The notes under the pieces are model-generated. The model did not search any database. It saw only the letters and a program-made list of their open reading frames with translations, and had not been told where the DNA came from. A stretch of 53,728 nt of DNA, the filler included, from Jimgerdemannia flammicorona (taxonomy: Eukaryota): the NCBI GenBank assembly GCA_003990765.1. It is 2 parts of 2 records of this genome, joined end to end, with 100 filler letters (N's around TTAATTAATTAA, not from the genome) between each part and the next. Parts side by side here need not be neighbours in the genome. Positions count along the whole stretch, not along the records: positions 1 to 26,819 come from RBNJ01000692.1; positions 26,920 to 53,728 come from RBNJ01000693.1. One strand, written 5' to 3'. The translations under genes were made by a program, and so were the position numbers. Position 1 is the first letter of the stretch. Each line of letters begins with the position of its first letter. Positions 25,501-37,170 of the stretch are shown here, piece by piece.

Positions 25501-26197
25501 TGCTTCTTCTAGCAGATTTTCGAGATATAAAATCAGAGTGCTAATATCAGGATTATTATTATTATTGGGGTCATCTTGCAAAAGGTAGAGCATACATTTG
25601 ATAAAAGGGATATTGTAGTGGAATGGGCAAGATGTGGAACTGAGGTCATATTGCTCTTTAGATATATTAGAGAGATTGTGTCAGTATAGAGGGCAGGAGT
25701 TGACAGTGAGCACCATTGAGGTGGAGTGTATAGTAAATATGATATAATTAGAAAAAAGTAAGTATACAAATATACATAAAAGTGAATATGAATATATATT
25801 ATAGTGTAAAGAGTAGCATATAGTATATGGAGTACTGAATTAGATAGTATTAAATAAAGAAGACCAAAAAAGGAAATGTACACCCAATATGTAGCCCAAA
25901 ACAGAGACAAGATATATAGTGCTAAAGATACAAGTATCCAAGATATTCCTGCATTCATTGATCTGTGGGCTTGAATGAGCCCCCTTATTGAATGAGAAAA
26001 TACACTAAAGAAACAGTGGTAATAATGAGGAAAATACATTCTATGGATCCTGTCAATATGGCAGTTGTACTAAACGAGGTTAAAAGTATAGACAACAATA
26101 AGGTCAATAAATCCAAACCCAAGCTCAACAATGAGACAACCAATCTAGCCAATTAACTAAGTATAATAGTTACTATGAATACTGCAACAAGTATGAA

Positions 26198-26819
26198 TGT
26201 AAGAGGGTTACTTTTTAGGGTAATCGTTACGTAGTTCTGGAAGGGTTTTCTGGATAGTCTGGATGTTCTGGAAGACCGTTTTCTTATGGTCAAGATCAAT
26301 TTCGTATGGAGTACGTCCTCTACGCTTATTGATTTCAAGATCGGGTTGACATCTCAACCAAAGTCCTTTTTCGGACTAGTTCTGGATGTTCAGGATTTTC
26401 CGTATTTCAGGAAGTTCAAGAAACTAAGACCAGCTTAGTTGAATCAGCGTATCGCTGCAGACAATACCCAATTAGGAAATTTCGTGATGGGGTTAGGAGT
26501 AGGACCTAACAGGGAGCCGATTTACTTAAGAGTGGTTTGTGGGTTATGAAATAGGTTTATTCGCTATTCATGATATTGCTATACTAGGAGTAGTTGTGTA
26601 AAGGGATATTGTGGGGAAGTATTCAGGAATGTTCTTGTGTGTTTGAGTCTGAGATTCTGAGGTCTGGGGGAGGGGGTATTTATACTAGTGAGGGGCTATC
26701 TGGACTAGGCTGAATATGGATGTAGCACTAAGTGTCTTGCTGAGTCGGAATGCAGTCACGTAGTACAAGTGTGATCTGACATGTCAAGAGATCGTCTGAC
26801 TGCTGAGTCAGTTCACAGT
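26198..26819 (-). repeat. Partial LTR of a further, probably Gypsy-like, element cut by the contig end
   Basis: Abrupt TGTAAG boundary inside Copia B gag; CpG-rich; minus-strand TATAAATACCCC at ~26673-26684. Confidence 0.65.
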
Positions 26820-26919
26820 NNNNNNNNNNNNNNNNNNNNNNNNNNNNNNNNNNNNNNNNNNNNTTAATTAATTAANNNNNNNNNNNNNNNNNNNNNNNNN
26901 NNNNNNNNNNNNNNNNNNN
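26820..26919. other. Artificial contig-joining linker (N44-TTAATTAATTAA-N44)
   Basis: Exactly 100 nt and symmetric; the central 12-mer gives stops in all six frames. Confidence 0.97.
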
Positions 26920-27929
26920 TAGCCAACTATGAGAACAGACCAGCACCCACAAATCCGACTCCATTCAGGCAACCACAGCAGCAGCCACCATCAAGAGTTC
27001 AAGAAGACCCCATGACAATGCTCACCAAGCAAATGAAGGACCTGGCCATCACAGTTGCCCAGCTGAAAAACCAAGGTAGAAGACAATAAGACTACTAACA
27101 TGATAACAGACCAGACTACTGGCAACAAGACAACAGAGGTCCTGCCCCTGCACTACCAGCTACAACTATAGTCTCATCAGTGACTGGTTCCTATGGTCCC
27201 ACCTGCTTCAACTGCAGAAATCAAGGCCACATCCAGAGGAATTGTCCAAGGAACCAATTCACTCAGTCTAATGACAGAAATATCAACCTCTTTCAGATAG
27301 ACAAAGAGACTCAGAAGATGGAAGAAGAAGCAGCCTGGCTCCATGGTCAAGAAGATGACATCTACTCATACTTCGAGGCTTTTCCATCCAAGGTGACATG
27401 GGAAGCTGCCCCCGCAGAGACCAGAGGATGAGGAAGACCACGAAGGAACCCCCCACCTCAACTGCCAGTAACAATATCCACAGGCAAGCATCTGCGACAT
27501 GGCCATTCTTCTTCAGACACTCCATAAGAACAGGAGAAGCAAGTTAGAAGAGATACTCCTGAACCAGAAGCCAGACCATCTAGGACAACCCCCAGCTCTA
27601 CCCTGCCAGACCTTGAAGAAGATGAGCATATGAGCATAGAATCTTCAGCTGACAAAATGCCCATCAGGAATGAGAGACTACACTCCAAGGCACCAAGACA
27701 CCAAAGAAGCAGCAAGCCCCATACAGTAGCCTCACTTTGGGAATATATCTGCCTACAGAATGCTGGTCTTACAGATGAGCAAGTCCTCAAGAATGCACCA
27801 GAGGTCAGGTGAAAATTCCTGAAAGAAGCCAAGGAAGATACCATGAGACTTCCAGTCCAAGGACCACATACTCAAGAACCTAGCACTATCTACACAGCCC
27901 ATGAGAGCCAGCAACATGAACATCAATCT

Positions 27930-28285
27930 ACAAGACTTGCCAATGGAAAAGTGTATGGTGAAAATGCCAGAATTCTTGTCGATACTGGAGCAGCAGTATG
28001 CATCATCACCCAAAGAATGTTGGAGCGAATTGGATGGAGAATAGATGAAGGAATCAAAGCAAGAGTTATCATAGCCAACAGATCAGCTTTCACACCCCTT
28101 GGACTTGTCAGAGACATCCCCATTCAAGTCAGAAAGGCCTGCCTCAATATACCCAAAGCCGTCATGACCCCTGCAACCTCCTATGACCTGATCCTGAGAA
28201 CTGACTGGTTAAGCCGAGTTGGAGCCAATGTAGATATCAAGAAACAACTCCTGGTCTTCTCCATTCATGGACAGAAGCACAAGGT
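27930..28285 (+). pseudogene. pol: E3 aspartic protease
   Basis: RILVDTGAAVCII; YDLILRTDWL within ORF 27843-28664. Confidence 0.93.
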
Positions 28286-29399
28286 GCCCATTGACTTGAA
28301 AGGATTATCCAAAAGGACGAATCAAGCCTCAGAAACAGAATGGCAAGGACATGGCGACACCCCCACTACTACTGAGAATGAAAGCGAGGCCAATTTCCTA
28401 CAAGAACTAGGAAGTGATTTTGATGCCCCTAGGGACCAAGAAAGTGAACAAGAAGACTCTTTCATTGGAGTTATTGGTATTGAAGGTCCGGAAGAAAGCA
28501 TTGATAGAGCCATTAATGCAAGGGCAGCACTTGAGTTTGCAGGACCATCTGCTCAACCACCACCACCACTGGTAGAAAATCGGATCATGCGAGCCTTTTG
28601 TCAAGGCATATGTGAACATTTCATCAGCTTCTACTCACCAAGAGATGATTGTAGCAATTGCTGAATTCTGGATCTCAAGAAGATTCCAATGCCAGAAATT
28701 GATGATAAGGACAAATTGAAGCAAGCACCATCCCACAGTTGAATACAACCTCCAACCCTGAAGACCTTCAAGAAGACCTATAAGAGAGGACAGAAGATCC
28801 TCACCCACCAAACATTCGAGTCCCTTACCATCGAAGGAGAAAGCAACAGCTCTTACACCATCACCCAGGCCCTCCAGATCACACAGCCCACCTATGACAA
28901 GTATCAGAAGAGATTCCCTACCAGTAGGGAAGTCAAACAGCGAAATGAAGACTTTGTCAAGAAGGGACATTGTGATTGTGGAAAGACCTTTACCTGTCAC
29001 TGGTGTAAACATCGAGATGTTCACCTCAGCGAAGATGTCTACAAGAGCTGAGTCAAGAGAAAGGATCCCACCCTGCAAGAACCTCGAATTTGCTGGGCCT
29101 GTCGGAAGTGCAAAGAAATCAACCATGAAGGAGATTGCAAGTTCAAGAGCAAGACCTCTATCTGGGATCTACTATTGGAAGTTCTTGCTATCATTCGCTG
29201 GTACTGCTGCCCTCATCAAGGAAAAGAAGGTATCAATCTTGCCTTCATCCTTATGGAAGCTCTGGACCCTCTAGGAAAGACTAGATTCAATTATACAAGA
29301 AACTCAAAGACAGGAGCTCACTGGCCTTTCTTCAAACTAGAGCACATGGACTTCTCACCTACAATGGCAATAGCTGAAGCACCATTTCTCAAAGCTCAA

Positions 29400-29815
29400 C
29401 CAATTATCCAGGTCAAGCTACTTTCACCCTGGGCACAGCCACCTCTTGCACAAACAGAAGGATCAGTTGGTTATGACCTCTGCCTCCCCTACCAAGCAAG
29501 AATCTGACCCAGAAGTACCAGGACTTTTGACCTACAGATCACACTTGCTATACCACCTGGGCATTATGGACAATTGGCCTCAAGATCCTCATTGACAACT
29601 AAAGGAGTCACAGTAGAAGGAGGAGTCATCAATCAGGACTACTGAGGTCCCTTGAAGGCCATTATCTGCAATTCTAGTAGAACCAGCTGATTCTTCAGTC
29701 CTATGGAAGCCATCTGCCAAATCCTGTTTATCAAGACATCACAGCCGACTATCCAAGAGGTAGACCAACTAGAAGATACCAACAGAGGACAAGGAGGCTT
29801 TGGAAGCACCAATAG
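29400..29815 (+). pseudogene. dut: E3 dUTPase domain
   Basis: GSVGYDL, GQLASRSSL, GGVINQDY(R)GPL, ICQILF, TNRGQGGFGST. Confidence 0.93.
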
Positions 29816-30269
29816 AAATCTATGGACACCATCTATCAAGGTTCATTTAGCAACAGTTGCTCAATTCTGACAAATGAGACCCCACATCTGCCGCCCAATC
29901 CAAGCAAAAGAAGATATCCTCCTGCAGCCCTACCAGCAAAAAGGCCTAGATGTGTACCTACCAGTAGAAGCAAACAACTTGATATTTGCACCATCACTGG
30001 AGCTTCAAAAGGAATACCACATCCTCCTGGCTGAAGAACGAATTCATGACCAGATGTCACCAATCCACATCCCTATCAGAAACTTGGGCTTTGAAGTGAT
30101 AACTATCTCCAAGAGAACAACACTGGGATATTTCGAACCACTGATAGACACCTACGAGGAAGAAGTCTTTGAATTCTTGGGAAACGGCAAGCCCTCTCCA
30201 GTGAGACTGATGGTACCAGGGAGGAAGACTCAGCAAATTCAGCAATCAAAGCCATCAACATTAAGACAA

Positions 30270-32870
30270 CTCTAACCAAGGACCAGCAACAACAGATAAA
30301 GGAGTTGATAGAGGAGTACGAAGATATATTTACCACTACATATGATAACTTCCCACCATATCAATATGGAGAATACCCTATACATACTGGAGATGCAAGA
30401 CCAATCCAACAACGACCCTACCGAATACCACATCATTTGATTGAATTCGAACAATAACACATAGATGAAATGCTATGAAATGGAGTCATCAGACCATCAT
30501 CAAGCCTCTGGGCTTCACCAGCAATTATAGTACCAAAGAAAGGAGGATGGAGATTAGTCATGGATTTCAGAAAACTCAACAAAGTCACCACAGAAGATGC
30601 CTATCCACTGCCAAGAATTGATGACCTCATCAATGCCCTCGGAAAAGCCAAATACATGATCACTACTGACCAGTTCTAAGGATTCCAAGTAATACCCATT
30701 GCCAAAGAAGATATCTGTAAGACAGCCTTCATCACCAGATGAGGACAGTATGAATACCTATGAATGCCCTTTGGACTCTGCAATGCACTTGCCTCATTCC
30801 AACGAATGATAAACTATGTCTACCGGGACCTCATTGGAAGAAATGTACTAGTATACATAGATGATGTAATCATCTACTCTGAGACATTCAAGCAGCATTT
30901 GCAAGACCTCCATGAAGTATTCAATACCATTCGAAATTCAGGACTCAGACTCAATGCCAAGAAGTGCTTCAGAAAACATCAAGTTGAATATCTGGAATAT
31001 GTTGTCTCAGCTCAAGGAACACATGCCGACCCCCACAAGGTGGAGAAAGTCAAGAACTACCCAACCCCGACCTCAGCAAAGGAGACCCTATCTTTCCTTA
31101 TGCTGGCATCCTACTATCGATGATTCATCTCAAAGTTTTCAGATAAGGCAGCACCTCTCCGAGATATCTCCAAGAAGGACCAACCATTTTACTGGAAAGA
31201 AGAACAACAAAAGTCATTCGACCTACTCAAGAAGGCCCTTACCGAAGCCCCTGTCCTGGTGTGACCAGACTTTGGCAAACTGTTCATCCTGACAACTGAT
31301 GCCTCAGCCTTAGGACTTGGATCAATTCTGTCTCAGCAAGATGACCAGAAGAGGGAGCATGTTATCGAATATGCTAGTAAGGCCACAAATGAAACACAAG
31401 CAAACTATGGAGCCACTAAGTTGGAATACCTAGCAGTAGTTTGGGCTGTGGACCACTTCCAACACTATCTCTTGGGAAAGAGATTCACTCTCATCACTGA
31501 CTATCAAGCTCTACAATGGTTGTTCAACAAGCCAGAGCCCTCAGGAATCTTCGCTAGATAGATCATGTCTCTGCAAGAATATCAGTTCACTATTGTCTAC
31601 AAGAAAGGTGCTAAGAATTCCAATGTTGATACCCTGTCAAGAATCCCGCGAAACCAACAAGTAGGAAAGGAGCCTCCACAAGAGAAGGCTGCTTCCTGCT
31701 TACCCAAATGAACCAAGAATTGCACCTCACCCTCATCTGGAGTCTGTACCATAGAAGCTTCAAGAAAGGAATCCAATCAGCCCACAAGTTATTTATCCAA
31801 AGGAATTTCAAGAAATTCCCAAGTTCTAAGAGAAGAAGAAATATTGAAGATCCTGACAACAAATCATGACCAAAATGCACACCGAGGAATTGGCGCCACA
31901 ATTGTAAGAATCAAGAAGTGATACTGATGGCCCAAGATGAGAAAACAAATTTCAATGCACATTCAACAATGTGATATCTGCCAAAGATACTGACAAAAGC
32001 CTACTGACAGAGCACCATTAATACCGATCACAGCACCAGCTGGAGCCTTTCAAAGACTAGGAATAGACATTATTAGACCCCTACCAGTAACCAGCCGAGG
32101 AAGATACTACATCCTCACTATCGAAGACCATCTGACAAAATGGCCTAAAGCCTTTGCCATTGAGACTGCTGATGCCCAGACAATTATTGGGATCCTGTAT
32201 GATGAAATTTTTAGCTGCCATGGTGTGCCCAAGGAAATCATTACAGACTAAGGCCGAGAATTTGTCAACCAAGCCATGAAGACCTTTGTGAGCAACTTCA
32301 AGATCAAGCTATGACCAACAACATCCTACCACCCACAGGCAAATGGACTCACTGAACAAATGAACCAGACCATCAAGTGAGGTCTCAGTAGAACCAGAGA
32401 TCAACTAAACTGGGATATCTATCTACTGGCAATTCTGTTCAGCATCCGTATCTCTAAGGCAACTGCTACCCAACAGACCCCCTTCTATTTGGTGTATGGC
32501 CAAGAAGCATATGATCCTATTGAACCAGTCCAGCTAGATCTGTCAAAACAAGTCACAGAAGAGATCACTTGGTTATACGACATACACTAGCAAGCATGAG
32601 GATTTATCACCAAGGTACAAGAACAACAAAAGAGGTACTATGACCACAAAGCTGACCTTGAACCCCTGCTTATTGGACAAAAGATTCTGGTGTACCATAC
32701 CATCATAGAAGGAAATTGGAGTGCCAAGCTTGAACCAAAATGGGAAGGCCCCTATCTCATACACCAAGTATTCTCAAACCACACTTATCAACTCAAGACC
32801 TTAGATGGAGTTATACTCAAGACCAAGATACACTGCAACCACATAAGACTCTACTATTCAAGAGAAGCAA
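30270..32870 (+). pseudogene. pol: E3 RT, RNase H and integrase
   Basis: MPFGLCNALASFQRM, YIDD, LTTDASALGLG, YHPQANGLTE, LEPKWEGPY. Confidence 0.95.
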
Positions 32871-33412
32871 AACATATTTGAACAATCCTATTCACTCTGT
32901 CTGTATCATCTCTATTGGAGATACAATGGACATTTCACTCAGAACTCAAGAAAGTCAACAATGTTGGAACCAGACTCAAGCCCATCCACACGACAGACAT
33001 TGTTACTAAGAAATTGCCTCAGATTATAAGAAATACTATTTCTGATGGGTTCGAACCCCCAGCCGCAACTATGGGAGCCCTCGCCCTAGACAAGGATGGC
33101 CAGTCCTCACAAATACACCGACATTCTGCTCATCCCTGGAGTTAAGACCACTCAACTCTGTGTAACCTTCACCACCGAGGATGGCTCTAATTTTGCAAGG
33201 GGCAGATGTGATGTACGTAATTGACAATGGAGTACCAGTGACTGCTAAGATCAGATGACATAATGGCATGACAATCGAATAGACAGTCTGACCCATTAGG
33301 TGATCACCCCAAAAGGAGCAATGATAATCTGAGCCAAAAGGAAGACTACATTATTTAAAGAACCATACTCCGCCTCAGGAATCAGCACCAAAGAACAAGT
33401 ACCCACCACACA

Positions 33413-34339
33413 ATACCTCCTATCCGCCACCCCAACTAGATCTCCCACTGCTCTTCCCTCTTGCCTGGCATAAAGACTCTAATCCTTGAAGCTGTCAAGA
33501 AGGCTATTTGATGCCCAGATACCTCTAAACATCTGAACTTCTACACTGAGAACCTTGGACACTTCATCAATTACCAGTACATAATGACCCAATAGCTCAA
33601 AGATACCACTGAATGAATGATCCTCTGGTATGATTACGAAATTGAACACCACCTTTGTAATGAAACCCAAGAAGGCGACCAGGAAGACCTCATTGCTGAA
33701 ATGTTAACCACCAGCCGGCTAATCAAGAGAGCTCTCTATGTCCACCAAATCTTCTGCCATATTCTCTGGGCTATAGCACACTTACAAGGAGTAACTGCTG
33801 GAAGTCTTGCCCACCTCTCAACCGAAGATGTAGACTGGATAGAATCAGAAGTAGCCGACTCTATTGGTAGTAACTGGGTCACTGTAGGAAGCCAACAAAC
33901 CAAGCCCACTCAACCAGGCTTTCACACCACTCCACTCCGAGACAACCATCAAAGTCACCTAATGAGTCTCATGGAAATCTTCGAAGGGCCACCCATTATC
34001 ATTACAACACCTGTTGGAGCAACCCCAACTACTCACCACCCTGTCAGCTACAATTCACACCTCATCATTTAGGAACCAAATCAAGAAGTCCCAGAAGTCC
34101 CTACCAATACGGAAACTGAAGGATCTGAGGAAGAAGAAGAGGAGGAACAAAGAATCTACCAATCCTCTGTCCACCTTCAAGCAGTCCAAGGGTTGGAGAA
34201 TGTCATTGAAGATGATTGGCCACAATTCTACCCCCTCACCTCCTGGCCAGTGCTCCCACCCTTTGAAGAATGGGATGAAGAAGTTATAACCCAGCAAGAT
34301 GATTGGTTCACTGGCAAAGGGTACTTTACCATTCAGTAA
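33413..34339 (+). pseudogene. E3 3' accessory ORF of unknown function, acidic tail
   Basis: Single frame through C-to-T stops; RALYVHQIFCHILWAIAHLQGVTAGSLAHL; closest to the E4 ORF. Confidence 0.78.
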
Positions 34340-34587
34340 TCCAATGTCTGTTTCCTCAGTCTGGTCAGCCAACATTTGTCAGCAAGTCAGTAATATCCAT
34401 TTTCAGTGATATCACCTTCAACAACCAAATCCAGCACTGGCACTCATCTTATCCCAATTCAGTGATCCAACATCCGTTTCCTCAGTCCAGTCAGCCAACG
34501 TTTGTCAGCAAGTCAGCAACATCCATTTTTAGTGATACTACCTACAACATCCATATCCAGCACTAGCACTCATCTTATCTCAATTCA
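34331..34587 (+). repeat. ~126-bp tandem duplication at the E3 3' UTR/U3
   Basis: ATTCAGTRATCCAA...CACTCATCTTATCYCA present twice. Confidence 0.9.
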
Positions 34588-34599
34588 GCACAAACAATT

Positions 34600-35304
34600 G
34601 TTGCACCCATATTTAGCAATTAAACCACCACAATGTAGTATACTTTAGCCCCCCCCCCCTAGCTAGCAAATTTGTATAAATAACCCTATATCTCAGAGTG
34701 AATAAACCTCAGTCAGTTTGTATTTAAAAAGTAAAAAAGATTACAGAGAAACCTCACTGCCTTCAAGAGACCGGATAAATTCTGAGAACAAGATAACTAG
34801 AGTAATGATCACTCGAGGTTTGAGTTAAAGAATTTTCTCTTGTCATGGAAAACATTCAAGACCTGCCGCTAAAGGAAAGCTGCACAAAAACTGCTAACTG
34901 CTGCTGAGATTCCACCAGTCCAACCATTGTGTGTTCGACCCAACCATCATGCATTCGGAACCAACTGCCATTCGAGGTTCAAGACTGTGCATTCGAGACC
35001 TGCCATTCAAGTGTTAAGACTCCAGCCAAGGAACCCAAGGATACTTAGCTAAGGAAAGCCAGCACCATTGTTATTTACCTAACAAGTCAGACGGACGAGT
35101 TCCCCTTTTACCCGCTGCACCATGAACTGTGTATGTTCAAGAAGTAATTCGCCCCCGAGCCTCTACCATATGAATCGGACAAATCGATCACATGACCATC
35201 AACCTGCAACCATCGCAAATGCACTCAGACATATACTGTGCACTCTACCAAGTGGCACATTGAGCCATGCTACCAGCAACTAGGGATACAAACCGCATGC
35301 CACA
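34600..35304 (+). repeat. E3 3' LTR (left boundary uncertain)
   Basis: TATAAATAACCC...GTGAATAAACCTCAG core shared with the E1 and E2 LTRs; ends in CA before AT-rich DNA. Confidence 0.7.
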
Positions 35305-35357
35305 GTATATATAAATATATCTAATATATTATATTTAATTATAGCTATTTAATCTAT

Positions 35358-35599
35358 TATAATATAGTAGATACCTAATCTCAGAAGTATAGCAGATTTC
35401 TGTATCTTAAAACTTAATTTTGTCTGACTTTTATAGAGTCCTTAGAGTACAGAGATGTGAGTTCAAAGTATATCTATCTATAAGCTTACTAGTTCTCTTA
35501 CTTTTTCTTTGCTTTGGACTATTTTGATCTGAGGTTTATTTATTCTAGATACTGGAAATATTTATATAAGTTTGCTAGCTATAAGATAGTTAAGTTATA
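35358..35599 (-). repeat. Partial LTR of the E2 family, reverse orientation
   Basis: Reverse complement of ~17620-17867 (e.g. CTGAGGTTTATT, GATTTCTGTATCTT). Confidence 0.85.
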
Positions 35600-36931
35600 A
35601 CTGTTGAAATATCTATTATTTAATAATGTGACTTATATATATATAACTATATTATCTTTAAGTTATATTACTTGATATATATATAAATATATATTATCTA
35701 GAATAATGAACAATACTTTGTACTCTTTTTCTCTAGTTTCTATTTTACTAAATTATAATAAAAGTTATAAGCTCTGCTTAGTAGCTAATAAGAAGTATCT
35801 CTCTAAGACTCTATACCAAGATGTCAATATAGATAAACTAAGAAATCAGCATAAATATACTAAATACAATAGGTATGAGTACTTTTAGAATAAGTATAAT
35901 AATTACAGTTTCTATAGTAAATATAAATAAAGCTAAGAGATTAATTCCTATCTTTAATAGTAAGAATTATATCATTTGAGCATTCTATATAAGTAATCTT
36001 CTAAAGAAGTATAGCTTGGCAGAGTATACAAAACCACAGGTTACAATACTACAAATAATTACTAAGTATTATAAGAGATTGTCTTCATATTATTAAACTA
36101 GCAAATAAAACCTATAATATATACTATAATAGTTTATAATATATAAGAGACTCTATGTAATCATTATATATAAATATTCTCATTGAATTGATTTTATCTA
36201 AAATCTTAGCTATTCTATCTATAAATAAAATCCAAAAAGAGTAACTACAAATATATCAATTATATTAACAATCTGGTAAATCAGGTAAATTTCCTAAGTA
36301 TACCAACAGAGTGTATCAGTAATAAAGACAAAATTCTGATCCTTATATAAGATCTCTCTAAGATGTATAATATTATAGTAGTAGCTATATGAGAGTAGAA
36401 AACTTGCAGACTATATCTATATAATAATGAGTGTTATTAATAAAGAGATATATCAAGAAAATAGTAGTAATAATAATAAGAAGAAAACATTCTACAGATT
36501 ATATAGATGAGATAAAAAGTACTAATAAGGCCAAAAATGTGAAAAATTTAATAGAAACTATCATTGCTATGATAAGTACAAATATATATAAAATTATTAC
36601 TATTGTAAAGATAAAAAGAATGATAAAAATAAGTATAGAAGCTAATATTAAAAATATGAGAGCAGTAGAAAGAAACATAATAGAAAAGAATAATATAATA
36701 TAAATACTACTAAAACTAATAATAATAGTAATATGTTTTTCATATAAAAAATCTTTATATATATTTACTGATAAGAATACAGTCAGTAAGAGTATCAATA
36801 CTATCAATAAAAATGATGTTTCACTTATAGATTCAGATACTATATAATATATATAGTTTACTAAGAATAGTTCTCAATATATAAGTCTTTCAAATATTCT
36901 ATACTCATTAAGTTAGATAATAACAATGTTA

Positions 36932-37170
36932 TATCCCTTTGTCTGTAGATAAGATCATCTTTTAAAATCATTTAGCAGACAAATTAAAGTTTGAAAAAAA
37001 TGATTTTTTGAAACATTGTTTTTCTGTTTTTTGTAAAATTTTTACCAAAAGTAGAATTATTTTATAAAAAATTATTGGTAAAATTTTTTTTAAAAGCTAT
37101 TATGATTTTAAAAGTTATAACCTTTTAAAATCTTGCCTCTAAATATAGGTGCAAAACAGTCAAAGAGATA
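36932..37170. mobile_element. MITE with ~15-bp TIRs and TA target duplication (Tc1/mariner-like)
   Basis: TA-TATCCCTTTGTCTGT ... ACAGTCAAAGAGATA-TA; non-coding; absent from the paralogous Copia A position (~19700-19740). Confidence 0.75.

Larger units (their letters stand above)
20821..25993 (-). mobile_element. Ngaro-type (DIRS order) tyrosine-recombinase retrotransposon, complete but degenerate
   Basis: Split direct repeats A1 25749-25993, B1 21223-21349, A2 20978-21222, B2 20821-20947; RT/RH and YR motifs on the minus strand. Confidence 0.92.
19961..26197 (+). mobile_element. Ty1/Copia element B (5' LTR 19961-20086, PBS, gag); interrupted by the Ngaro element and by an LTR at 26198
   Basis: TG...CA short LTR; GGTTATGAGC PBS (half-tRNA-iMet type, as in copia); IPIFDGKDYVIW gag start; gag frame continues across 20820/25994. 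Confidence 0.85.
26920..35304 (+). mobile_element. Ty3/Gypsy LTR retrotransposon E3 (5' end lost at the gap)
   Basis: CFNCRNQGHIQRNC knuckle; ILVDTGAAVCII; dUTPase; VYIDDVII; RNase H; IN; CpG-rich LTR-like end ...GCCACA. Confidence 0.93.

Noticed and set aside
26864..26875. TTAATTAATTAA as a biological motif (e.g. piggyBac TTAA site)
   Set aside because: It is centred in a symmetric 100-nt N gap and is an assembly linker.
36431..36807. Hydrophobic membrane-protein-like ORFs (also 25533-26039, 40082-40453, 43264-43455)
   Set aside because: Ile/Leu/Tyr/Phe-rich frames arise from AT-rich mutated or antisense TE sequence; no coherent domain.
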